DNA of 32,000 nucleotides, from assembly GCF_000196355.1 (NCBI RefSeq), contig NC_007614.1:2220001-2252000 (forward strand). The letters are read 5' to 3'. Source of the DNA: Nitrosospira multiformis ATCC 25196 (GTDB lineage Bacteria; Pseudomonadota; Gammaproteobacteria; Burkholderiales; Nitrosomonadaceae). The notes under the pieces are model-generated. The model saw nothing but the letters and a program-made list of their open reading frames with translations, was not told where the DNA came from and searched no databases. This document shows positions 1 through 8,719 of this stretch, piece after piece. How positions within the stretch are numbered: position 1 is the stretch's first letter; each line of letters starts with the position of its first letter. Made by a program: the position numbers and the translations under genes.

Positions 1-542
1 ACTCCCCCCTGCATATTGAAAAGACAACAGTAGAACCGGACGTCATCTTACTTAAAGCACGCCATATCGCTATTGGACTTCAGTACATCCTGGACTCTGG
101 TACAAGGGAAACAAGACGCGGGTTCTCGGCTTTATCAAGCAGGGCCGAAAGTGATCAAGGTGCCGAGGGTATGCGATCAGTTCTCAGGAAAGGATGGTGG
201 GATAAAGGCCAACACGTACCTCGGACTTGCTGCTTCCATTCGAGTACTTTGTTTTTCCTTGCAAAACAGTCTCATTCATCGACCTCCGGCTTTCAGTGGG
301 AGGGCATGCCGCATCCTATGCAAGCGGTCCTGTGGTTCTGGCAACAGGAGTGCCCTCAGCTGCAGAGTCTCTGGAGTACGGGAAAGGGGATATTACAACG
401 CACTGCTCCCGAAACCGACTCACTGTTGGATGCGGCTACAGAGGGTGCGGAACCGATTCATGCAGAATTCCTGCACTTCGCACCCTGAAAAGAAAATCGC
501 CTAGCGCAATAGCACATAGGCGACTGACTATACTACTTGAAC

Positions 543-570
543 TGGCGCGTCCGGCAGGATTGGAACCCAC
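543..570 (-). pseudogene. Degenerate 3' end of a tRNA (T-arm, acceptor 3' strand, CCA)
   Basis: Minus strand reads GTGGGTTCCAATCCTGCCGGACGCGCCA: T-stem/loop-like GTGGG-TTCCAAT-CCTGC, acceptor-like CGGACGC-G-CCA. No matching GCGTCCG 5' acceptor strand about 75 nt upstream on that strand; the T-loop departs from the usual TTCRANT. Confidence 0.5.
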
Positions 571-716
571 GGCTCCAGTTCGTAGCCGATTTGCTGAACC
601 GGTATTTTTTGTTTCCATACGTTAAGTATTTAACGGTAAAACCTCTCTTGTATTGTTATTCTACCTACTCGTTTCTCTCCTCCAAACAGGGAAGCGATTG
701 CGGTAAACTCACCCCT

Positions 717-742
717 GGCCCGGCGTTCGTCCGGGCCTTTTT
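717..742 (+). terminator. Rho-independent terminator
   Basis: Perfect 7-bp stem GGCCCGG (717-723)/CCGGGCC (731-737), 7-nt loop, then TTTTT. Confidence 0.8.
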
Positions 743-977
743 ATTGAACCCATCCAGCCTTGAATTACTGGTCTTCTTTTCCTGTCTTTGAATTGCAGAC
801 GAGCAACGGTTTAAATCGCCGTGATTCGGGTGACGGCGCGGATGACGCTGCTGCTTCCCTCTGGCAGGTTAGAGAGATATGCATTACTGCGTCCAATCCA
901 GCTTTAGCCAGGAAAGAAGAACGCCATTTCCCCCGTCCTCATAACAGCAATGGGATTACCCCTATATTCTCCCTTTC

Positions 978-997
978 TATTTCACATAAGTGAAATA
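978..997. repeat. Inverted repeat TATTTCAC-ATAA-GTGAAATA (operator-like)
   Basis: 8-bp perfect arms around a 4-nt spacer in non-coding DNA. Confidence 0.6.
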
Positions 998-1188
998 TGA
1001 TTGACTTCAATGTGGGATTCACCCCGACTTACTGTCGGGCCCACATTCTTGCTTACGCTGCAATCAATTCTCCTCACTGAGACTGCCCTATACCGAGGCT
1101 TGCTGATCCGGTTTGTGTCATATCAGAGCTGGACACGGTAAGTTCGCATCGTCCCGAATTTTAGGGGTAGGATAAACAAAGACGAATC

Positions 1189-1701
1189 ATGGAAAATGAT
1201 GCAAATTTAAAGAAGAAAATCAGCTTCGAGAAGGAACAAGATTCGAACGTTTCAAATCTGTCAGATGAAGAGTTTCATCAGTCCTGCCAGATACTCACCA
1301 AGGTTCTTGCCACACTGCCCCCCAAGAGACAAAGGGAACTTTTTGGGTTGCTACAAATTCTCGCGGAAGATGGCACTTCCCAAAAACAGCAATCCTCGGT
1401 TAGGCCGCTAGCTGAAAAAATAGTGGCCACGGTATGTAGAGACGATCATTCATCGCGGCCTCTTCCATACCATCCGGAACGCAGAATCTCCGATAGGCGA
1501 CGTAGCGATCGACGTCAAAGTGATCAGGGAAAACGGTTATGCAACGCTGGAACTCCATGGACGTCAGAGGACATCCAGATACTGGAGATCATGGCAAAAC
1601 AAGGGATTCCGCATAGACGGATCGCATTGAAGCTCGGCAGGACTTCCACGGCAGTCGAAGCAAAAGCCAGGACACTGAACGTCCCCTTGTCCGATGAGTA
1701 G
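1189..1701 (+). CDS. Hypothetical protein with C-terminal SANT/Myb-like or HTH-like segment
   Basis: 170-aa ORF with charged composition; C-terminus PWTSEDIQILEIMAKQGIPHRRIALKLGRTSTAVEAKARTLNVPL fits the W..eD...l..m...G.....IA..LgRt..AV..ka..L pattern. Confidence 0.7.
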   Translation: MENDANLKKKISFEKEQDSNVSNLSDEEFHQSCQILTKVLATLPPKRQRELFGLLQILAEDGTSQKQQSSVRPLAEKIVATVCRDDHSSRPLPYHPERRISDRRRSDRRQSDQGKRLCNAGTPWTSEDIQILEIMAKQGIPHRRIALKLGRTSTAVEAKARTLNVPLSDE

Positions 1702-1816
1702 TTTTTTTATTGTACTGTACTGGCTGTTTCTCTACCCTTTCACTCCCTGGTTGTCGCCCAAAACGGCTAATAACCATCTGGGGGTTTCCGCACCCGAACT
1801 TGCGAATGCCTCATAA

Positions 1817-1830
1817 CTGATTTACATCAA
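1817..1830. promoter_or_regulatory. FNR/ANR-like box CTGAT-TTAC-ATCAA
   Basis: 9 of 10 consensus positions of TTGAT-N4-ATCAA; a possible -10 TATCTT lies at 1852-1857 with spacing compatible with a class II (-41.5) site. Confidence 0.45.
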
Positions 1831-1909
1831 TTTGAGGGGCCGGGAATCCTGTATCTTATTATCTGGCAACCCGTTCTGGTGGTTTTTTGTTGCCCTCCAC
1901 TCTTCCGAC

Positions 1910-1935
1910 AATAAGCACCAAAAATAAGCACCAAA
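1910..1935 (+). repeat. Tandem 13-bp direct repeat (AATAAGCACCAAA) x2
   Basis: Two perfect adjacent copies. Confidence 0.85.
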
Positions 1936-2074
1936 AATCCGGTTCTAATCGGCCGATGGAAGCTTTACTGCTGAGCTATGATAGCCATGCGGTTAGTAGC
2001 TACCATCACTGCCGCTTCCGGGCTCTTTCTCCTTCTTTTGAGACCTGGGTTTATGATGTAGTGGACTCTCCTTT

Positions 2075-2098
2075 GCCCGGCTCACCGCCGGGCCTTTT
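2075..2098 (+). terminator. Rho-independent terminator
   Basis: GCCCGGC (2075-2081)/GCCGGGC (2087-2093), 5-nt loop, then a short T run (CTTTTCT). Confidence 0.75.
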
Positions 2099-2656
2099 CT
2101 TCCTTATTGCCTTGGCGCAGACCTGCAGCCGACTGACTCGTGTTTGTACCAACTCCCTGCTTCCTGATTTCTGCCGCCATGCCACTAGAGAAAAGGAGGA
2201 ATTAAAGGATTAAGGGATTCACCTTCTCAGATAATTATAAACAAGTTGCTTAAGGCAATAACTACGCTACCAATCCGATCTAATCCCTGTTCCCTTTTCT
2301 CCTTTTCTTTTCAACTGCTTTTTGAGCATCGCTTCTTCCTGTTTACGCTACGCCCCCTCATCGTCACTAATCTGTTCTTTCTCCTCCCGCATCGCCTGAA
2401 CGCCTAACGCCTACTCCCTGCACTCGTCCCGTCTGGGCCGGCTGGGATTGGCTTTAAGGGCATAGTCGTAAAGATCGCTTTCAGCGAGGCCTGGAAGCCG
2501 TAGCCAACCAGTTCGTCTTCCTTTTAGGATCGGCGCCGGCACTATTTGTGCTGCAAGGTTGCCCACAAGTTTCTCAGCTTTTCCTTCCATTTGGGGACTT
2601 CTTCCTCTCCCAGAATCAGCTAAATCCTATCTTTGGAAAATTCATATCCATTCCTC

Positions 2657-2711
2657 TTGTAATGTCTTTATTGAGGGCATAGAATAAAATCAGACTGATC
2701 GGTCTGTTTTT
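2657..2711 (+). promoter_or_regulatory. Sigma70-type promoter with overlapping TetR-type operator
   Basis: TTGTAA (2657-2662)-N17-TAGAAT (2680-2685), then palindrome CAGACTGATCGGTCTG (2691-2706) with A/T flanks also complementary, at the predicted transcription start. Confidence 0.6.
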
Positions 2712-2737
2712 GATGGCACTCTGGATGGAGGTGAATA

Positions 2738-2905
2738 ATGAGAGTGAAATGCGTGAATGGAATTGATGTCGACCGGTTGCGGGCAACACGGGAAATTCGC
2801 CTGGATGCTGGCAGGATCGCGAGAAAAATCAGGAAACAATTAGCAGAGGGGAGCGTCCCGGGCCGAGCAAAACCCCATCAATCCATGCAGATCCTGGAGG
2901 AATAG
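2738..2905 (+). CDS. Small ORF (55 aa) upstream of a TetR-family regulator
   Basis: Not in the supplied ORF track. GGAGGTG at 2727-2733 precedes ATG at 2738. Translation MRVKCVNGIDVDRLRATREIRLDAGRIARKIRKQLAEGSVPGRAKPHQSMQILEE, stop 2903-2905, 4 nt before the TetR ATG. Confidence 0.5.
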   Translation: MRVKCVNGIDVDRLRATREIRLDAGRIARKIRKQLAEGSVPGRAKPHQSMQILEE

Positions 2906-2909
2906 GCCG

Positions 2910-3542
2910 ATGAAGGAAGCTCGCAAATCGATCGAGGAAAAACTGCTTTTGGCCGCGCGCCGCCTGTTCTGCCGTGCCGGGATCCATGCGACAGGCGTTA
3001 CGCGGATTCTCGAGGAAGCGGGTGTGGCACGCGCCAGCCTCTATACCCACTACGGCTCAAAGGAAAATCTGCTCAAGGCGGTGTTCGATACGGAAGCGAA
3101 CATGTGGTTTCACTGGTTCGACCTGGACCTGCCACATCTCAAGTGTTCCCCCCGGGAGCGCATCCTGGCCCTGTTCGATCTGCTGGAGAAATGGTTCGCA
3201 AAAGAAGACTTCTTTGGCTGCGTATTCATCAATGCCGTAGCGGAACACGAAAAGGATAGCCGCTGGGTAAAGGATATAGCCAGTGCGTACCGGGATCAAA
3301 TAATTGACCGGCTGAGGTCACTGGTTGTGGAAAGCGGAGCCAAGGATCCCGATATGCTCACTCAGAAACTGGGCCTGATCATCGAAGGTGCGATCGTAAC
3401 CGCTATGGTCACTCAAAATAGCCAGCCCGCCTATATCGCACGGCTTGCCGCTGAGGACATTCTACGCTGTATGGAGTATACCCTCTCTCCAGCGGAGAAT
3501 TCTGCATCATCCGCTGCGCCTGCCTCCATGGAACCGGTTTAG
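2910..3542 (+). CDS. TetR/AcrR family transcriptional regulator
   Basis: N-terminal HTH: EEKLLLAARRLFCRAGIHATGVTRILEEAGVARASLYTHYGSKENLLKAVF; GGAGG Shine-Dalgarno upstream. Confidence 0.93.
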   Translation: MKEARKSIEEKLLLAARRLFCRAGIHATGVTRILEEAGVARASLYTHYGSKENLLKAVFDTEANMWFHWFDLDLPHLKCSPRERILALFDLLEKWFAKEDFFGCVFINAVAEHEKDSRWVKDIASAYRDQIIDRLRSLVVESGAKDPDMLTQKLGLIIEGAIVTAMVTQNSQPAYIARLAAEDILRCMEYTLSPAENSASSAAPASMEPV

Positions 3543-3562
3543 TCGAATTACGGGAGAAGTCA

Positions 3563-4201
3563 ATGGATAGCATTTGGGCAAATTTATCGACAGGGATGCG
3601 GCGTTTTCTGGCTCTGATCGGATCTCTCGCGGTTATCGTGGCAGTCGGTTTGCAGTTTCACGTGAGCTCTCAGGGGGATCAGTCAAACACCTATCCGAAG
3701 GGTTTTCGCGGAGGCACATGCACCATAGAGTCCGACTCCCTGGTCATCGGCTATTCGGGTTATTTCATCCCAGGAGACTATGAAATCCCTGAAGACGCAA
3801 CAGGCGCGATGTCTGTCCCTGTCCTGTGCGGAAAAATACCCAGCCCCGGAGTTCTGGATGTCACGATTGATCTTCTTTATCCGGAATCGGCGCGCGAATG
3901 GCTGCTGACCATGGCGCTTACAAAAATGGAAGGCGGCATGCCATCGAACACACTGCTGGCGATTCCTTCGAGAACGTACGAGTCCGGCACCATTACCCAG
4001 GTATTGCGTATCGCCGAATTGGGGGAATACAGGCTTTATCTATCCGGCAAGGATCGGAATCAGACTGATTTCACGCTGGAAATCCCCATCACCGTGGGAA
4101 CGCCATGGTACGAGGGTGTTGCTCAATTCTGGCCCATGTTCGTTCTGATGGTGGCGGCAATTCTTTATCAGGCTTTCAGAAAACTCCGACTACTTAAATA
4201 A
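3563..4201 (+). CDS. Hypothetical membrane-anchored protein
   Basis: 212-aa ORF with N- and C-terminal hydrophobic segments, 20 nt after the TetR stop. Confidence 0.75.
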   Translation: MDSIWANLSTGMRRFLALIGSLAVIVAVGLQFHVSSQGDQSNTYPKGFRGGTCTIESDSLVIGYSGYFIPGDYEIPEDATGAMSVPVLCGKIPSPGVLDVTIDLLYPESAREWLLTMALTKMEGGMPSNTLLAIPSRTYESGTITQVLRIAELGEYRLYLSGKDRNQTDFTLEIPITVGTPWYEGVAQFWPMFVLMVAAILYQAFRKLRLLK

Positions 4202-4223
4202 ATACAACCGGAGGATTCCCGGA

Positions 4224-5019
4224 ATGGCAGGTTATGTTGGCGATGTCGCCATTGCGTATGATCGCGATCTCGGGCCCGTGCTTTTCGAGCACTATGCTAT
4301 TGACATCGCAAGGCGCGCAACCGAAGGATCAGTCCGCCACATGCTTGAAATCGCGGCAGGGACGGGAATAGTCACCCGGCCAATTGCGTAACGTACTCCC
4401 CAAGGATGCGCTGCTTACGGCAGTCGACATCAGCGATTCCATGATGGACGTCGCGCGCGCAAAGTTTCTTCCCCACGAGCAGGTCACGTTCCAGGTTGCG
4501 GATGCTACGACATTGCCTTTCGAAAATGAGGCGTTCGATGCGGTGGTCTGCCAGTTCGGTGTGATGTTCTTCGATAAAGATACGGCATTTCGCGAGGCAT
4601 ACCGGACATTGGGGCGTGGAGGGCGCTACTTGTTCAGCGTCTGGGATTCGCGGCGCTATAATCCCTTTGCCAGTCTGGCTTTCGAAGTGCTGAAGCAGTT
4701 CTTTCCACTAAACCCGCCCAGATTCCTTGAGGCTCCCGTTTCCTCATTCGAGATCGATCCCATCAAGGAGGCGCTTATCCAATCAGGTTTCGAGCGGATT
4801 GTCATCTCGGTTCAGGGACGGGAACACGATATTCTGGATGTGCGGACCTTCGCGCGAGGGTTGGTGTTCAGTCCCGTCATCGAGGAAATCAGAGAGCGGG
4901 GCGGAGTGGAGCCGGAGGATATAATCGCGGCATTGGCGGAAGCACTGAAAAGAGAGTATGGCTCACGCCCTACGCGTTATCCAATGCAGGCCATACTGTT
5001 CGAGGCGGAAAAGCCTTGA
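4224..5019 (+). pseudogene. Class I SAM-dependent methyltransferase, frameshifted
   Basis: ATG at 4224 with GGAGG upstream gives ...VRHMLEIAAGTGIVTRPIA*; frame 4384-5019 continues LRNVLPKDALLTAVDISDSMMDVARAK...VTFQVADATTLPFENEAFDAVVCQFGVMFF. Removing one C near 4380-4381 restores AAGTGIVTRQLRNVLPKD. Confidence 0.85.
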
Positions 5020-5074
5020 GCTGCAATTCCGGTCACACTTCGCCAGGTTCGTCAGGTTCAGGAATTCATTCTCG

Positions 5075-7261
5075 TTATTTCACCTTCATTCCGGGGCGCG
5101 CACCTTCATCGGGAGAAAGCAGATAAGGGCCTTCACCGTCTCCCGCAGCCAGTACCATTCCTTCGGATATACCGAATTTCATCTTGCGCGGTGCGAGGTT
5201 GGCAACCATGACCGTGAGGCGTCCCTTGAGCTGTCCGGGATCATAAGCTGATTTTATGCCTGCAAATACTGTTCGCTGTTCCGAAGCGACATCCAGGGTT
5301 AGCTTGAGCAGCTTGTCGGCGCCCGGCACGTGCTCCGCATCGAGGATTTTCGCGACCCTGAGATCAATCTTGCCGAAATCCTCGATGGAGATGGTCGACG
5401 CGCTGGCTTGGCCTGCTTCTCCTTCTTTTGCCGGGGCGGGTGTGGTGGAAGAGTTTTTTTCCATGGTTTCTACAGCTTGTGCAACCTGCTGTGACTTTGC
5501 GGGTGCCAGGCTTTCCTTGTTTGCATGGGTAAGCATTTCGATCTGCTTCGGATCGATCCGGGTCATCAAGTGCTGGTAATCATTGATCCGATGTCCGTCC
5601 GGCAATAACCTGTGCTGCGAGTTTGCATCCTTCCATGTAAGAGGATCTAGTCCCAGGAACTGCTCCGCTTCCATTGCAAGCTTCGGCAGCACAGGTTTCA
5701 GATACACCGTCAGCATCCGGAACATATTCAACGCGACGCTGCATACTTCATGCAATTCCCTGTCGTTCCTGCTGTCTTTCGCCAGTACCCAGGGTTTCAT
5801 CCGATCCACATATTGGTTGGCCACATCGGCCGCCGACATGATTTCCTTGATCGCTTTACTGTACTCCCTGCGTTCATAGAAATTTGCGATGGACATATGA
5901 CGGCCGAGAAAAGTATCTCCCTCTCCCAGTTCGCAAAAAAGAAACTGATTGAACCATTTCCGGCTCGCTTCCGAAACATTGTGTGTAAGCTCGCCCCCGA
6001 ATTTTTTGGTGATGAACCCTGCGCATCTGCTGGCGATATTGACATATTTCCCTACCAGATCGCTGTTCACGCGCGCGACAAAATCCTCGAAGCTGAGATC
6101 GATATCCTCCATGCTGTCGTTGAGTTTGGCAGCGTAGTAATAACGCAACCATTCCGGATTCAGTCCTTGCTTCAGATAGCTCTCAGCAGTGATGAAAGTC
6201 CCCCTGGATTTGGACATTTTCTGGCCGTTGACGGTTAGAAACCCGTGAGCATAAATCTGAGTAGGGGTGCGATATCCCGAGAATTCCAGCATCGCCGGCC
6301 AGAACAGGGCGTGAAAGTAGAGAATATCCTTCCCTATGAAATGCACCATTTCCGTATTGCCACCAGGACGGAGGAATTCATCGATCTCGGCCTGGGTTCG
6401 CTGGTTCTGCTTGAAGTAATTCTTGAAACTGCCGAAATAACCGACCGGCGCATCCAGCCAGACATAGAAAAATTTCTTTCCGCCGGTACGTGGAATAGGG
6501 AAGCCGAAATAGGGCGCATCCCGCGAGATATCCCAGTCCACGAGACCCGCTGAAAGCCACTCGTTCATTTTATTGGCAGCTTCAGGTTGAAGTCGCGGTC
6601 TCGTTTCCAAGGCGACGCCGGGCTGAGCCGGGATGGATTCAAAAATCCAGTTTTTGAGGAAAGCCTCGCAACGCACATCCGAAAGTTTGAAGAAATAGTG
6701 ATTCGAAGTGCGGCGCTCCGGTCGGGCGCCGGAGACGGCAGAGTAGGGACTGATCAGGTCGGTTGGCAGATAGGTGGCTCCGCAAGCCTCACAGGAATCT
6801 CCATACTGGTCTCCGGCATGACATCTGGGGCATTCGCCCTTGATGTACCGATCCGGCAGAAACATCTGCTTGACCGGATCATAAAACTGTTCCACCGAAC
6901 GTTTGGCAATCAGCTCCCCTGCCCTGAGCTGACGGTAGATATCTTCGCAAAACGCCTGATTCTCGGGCGAATCGGTAGTGTAATAGTGATCGAAGCCAAT
7001 ATGGAAACCATCGAAATCCGTCTTATGCTCATGCCATACGCGGTCTATCAGCTGTCGCGGAGTGATGCCTTCCTGTTCTGCGCGAAGCATGATCGGCGTG
7101 CCATGTGCGTCGTCGGCGCAAACATAATGGACCTCGTGCTCTTGCATTTTCTGGAAACGAACCCAGATGTCAGTCTGGATGTACTCCACCAGATGGCCGA
7201 GATGGATGCTGCCGTTGGCATAAGGGAGGGCCGAGGTGACGAGGATTTTTCGTTTGTTCAT
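5075..7261 (-). CDS. metG: Methionine--tRNA ligase
   Basis: [31 protein letters not shown] (HLGH), zinc knuckle cysteines, KMSKSRG, and C-terminal tRNA-binding domain. Start at MNKRKI preferred over the longer ORF. Confidence 0.97.
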   Translation of the reverse strand: MNKRKILVTSALPYANGSIHLGHLVEYIQTDIWVRFQKMQEHEVHYVCADDAHGTPIMLRAEQEGITPRQLIDRVWHEHKTDFDGFHIGFDHYYTTDSPENQAFCEDIYRQLRAGELIAKRSVEQFYDPVKQMFLPDRYIKGECPRCHAGDQYGDSCEACGATYLPTDLISPYSAVSGARPERRTSNHYFFKLSDVRCEAFLKNWIFESIPAQPGVALETRPRLQPEAANKMNEWLSAGLVDWDISRDAPYFGFPIPRTGGKKFFYVWLDAPVGYFGSFKNYFKQNQRTQAEIDEFLRPGGNTEMVHFIGKDILYFHALFWPAMLEFSGYRTPTQIYAHGFLTVNGQKMSKSRGTFITAESYLKQGLNPEWLRYYYAAKLNDSMEDIDLSFEDFVARVNSDLVGKYVNIASRCAGFITKKFGGELTHNVSEASRKWFNQFLFCELGEGDTFLGRHMSIANFYERREYSKAIKEIMSAADVANQYVDRMKPWVLAKDSRNDRELHEVCSVALNMFRMLTVYLKPVLPKLAMEAEQFLGLDPLTWKDANSQHRLLPDGHRINDYQHLMTRIDPKQIEMLTHANKESLAPAKSQQVAQAVETMEKNSSTTPAPAKEGEAGQASASTISIEDFGKIDLRVAKILDAEHVPGADKLLKLTLDVASEQRTVFAGIKSAYDPGQLKGRLTVMVANLAPRKMKFGISEGMVLAAGDGEGPYLLSPDEGARPGMKVK

Positions 7262-7665
7262 CAAGCGATTGAGAAAGGGGTTCGGAATGACGCAAAACGA
7301 TGATTGTAACAAACTGTGGGGCTTGCGGTCTTTGGGGCTGACGAAAAGGATTTCCAGACCCCGGATTTCCAGCCCTCTGACTCATTTCTGTTTACCTTCC
7401 TGCGGTCTTTGACGGATTTATCCTGATGGCGTTCGTGTCTTCGACAAATCTGACCCCGAGCACGAGTCGAGGCTCGATCTCTCGATGATCGAGACTCAGG
7501 GCGAACAGGGATGAAGGGCTCCTGGCGCATAGGGGAGGAAAGCGTGAAGTCGAGAGGGAGAAGGTTTAGGGAGGACGGGGCAAAAGGTCGTCTGACGGTA
7601 TGGGCAGCAATACCCGCTACTCGCAGCGGTATCCACCCAGCATAACGCCAGAAATCCATTCCGCC

Positions 7666-8706
7666 TCAGGGGAGGGAAACGTTCCCTTTTTTCGGAATGA
7701 GCACTGCCGCGCCTGTCAGCTTTCCTTCCCGCAATCTTGTCAAAGCCGTATTCGCTTCGCCGAGCGGAAAGGATTCCGTAGTCACGTGGATTGGCACTTG
7801 CGCTGCCAGCTTTAAAAATTCCTCACCATCCTGACGGGTAAGATTGGCAACGGAAACCAGACGTTTTTCCCGCCACAGGATGTCATAAGGAAAAGCGGGA
7901 ATGTCACTCATGTGAATTCCTCCGCAGACGACGATTCCACCGGGACAAACAGCGCGCAGAGCGATAGGCACAAGAGCTCCTGCCGGAGCGAAGATGATCG
8001 CCGCATCGAGTTCTTCCGGGGGCATCGTATCCGAACTGCCCACCCAGTCTGCGCCCATCTTGTGGGCGAATTCCTGGGCGGCCGCATCACCGGGGCGTGT
8101 AAATGCAAAAAGTCTGCACCCTTGATAATGCAGAATTTGAGCGACAATGTGGGCGGCGGCGCCAAAGCCGTAGATACCTACCCGTTCGGCATTGCCGGTC
8201 ATCTTGAGCGCGCGGTAGCCGATCAATCCGGCGCACAGCAGCGGGGCAGCTTCCAGGTCGCTATAACGGTCCGGAATGCGAAAACAATAGCGGGCGTCTG
8301 CGACCGTATATTCCGCGTAACCGCCGTCGATCTGATAACCGGTGAATCTGGCATTCGGGCACAGGTTTTCCCGTCCCTCGAGACAATAGCGGCAATGACC
8401 GCATGTCCAGCCCAGCCAGGGAATACCGATCCTGTCTCCCACTGCGAAATCCCGAACATCCGCTCCGCGTGCAATTACGCGTCCAACGATTTCATGCCCC
8501 GGGATAATAGGCAGTTTCGGATGAGGCAGTTCACCGTCCACTACGTGCAGGTCGGTGCGGCAGACTGCACACGCTGCAATCTCGATCAATAACTGATCAG
8601 GACCCGGCCGGGGGCGCGGGATACGGCGCACTTGAACCTTTTCTCGGGGCGCATCCAGCACCATTGCCTGCATCAAGCCATCTTGGTTTTGCATGGCCAT
8701 TCTCAA
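7666..8706 (-). CDS. Zinc-dependent alcohol dehydrogenase family protein
   Basis: CAVCRTDLHVVDGELPHPKLPIIPGHEIVG, CGHCRYCLEGRENLC zinc motif, GIYGFGAAAHI nucleotide-binding region. Confidence 0.93.
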   Translation of the reverse strand: MRMAMQNQDGLMQAMVLDAPREKVQVRRIPRPRPGPDQLLIEIAACAVCRTDLHVVDGELPHPKLPIIPGHEIVGRVIARGADVRDFAVGDRIGIPWLGWTCGHCRYCLEGRENLCPNARFTGYQIDGGYAEYTVADARYCFRIPDRYSDLEAAPLLCAGLIGYRALKMTGNAERVGIYGFGAAAHIVAQILHYQGCRLFAFTRPGDAAAQEFAHKMGADWVGSSDTMPPEELDAAIIFAPAGALVPIALRAVCPGGIVVCGGIHMSDIPAFPYDILWREKRLVSVANLTRQDGEEFLKLAAQVPIHVTTESFPLGEANTALTRLREGKLTGAAVLIPKKGNVSLP

Positions 8707-8719
8707 AAAAACAGAAAGC

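Noticed and set aside
3-488. Frame open from the left edge to 488 (ORF 171..488 lies inside), with another overlapping ORF 73..504.
   Set aside because: No recognisable motifs; Cys/Trp/Ser-rich, atypical composition; competing overlapping frames. Could be the tail of a gene entering the window, but not supportable from the sequence alone.
436-618. Minus-strand ORF containing RTGAVGSNPAGRASS.
   Set aside because: This peptide pattern is the typical false translation of tRNA-end/non-coding sequence; it overlaps the tRNA remnant.
1887-2213. 108-aa plus-strand ORF.
   Set aside because: Runs through the hairpin at 2075-2098, contains the tandem 13-bp repeat, and lacks a good ribosome-binding site and recognisable features.
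6587-7303. 238-aa plus-strand ORF opposite metG.
   Set aside because: Mirror ORF of a strongly conserved gene; no independent support.
7261-7659. 132-aa minus-strand ORF between the dehydrogenase gene and metG.
   Set aside because: Overlaps the metG start, low-complexity R/S-rich composition, no family features.
7912-8592. 226-aa plus-strand ORF opposite the alcohol dehydrogenase (also 8767-9291 opposite galK and 11544-12047 opposite GH2).
   Set aside because: Antisense ORFs arising from high-GC coding strands; the minus-strand proteins have clear conserved motifs.
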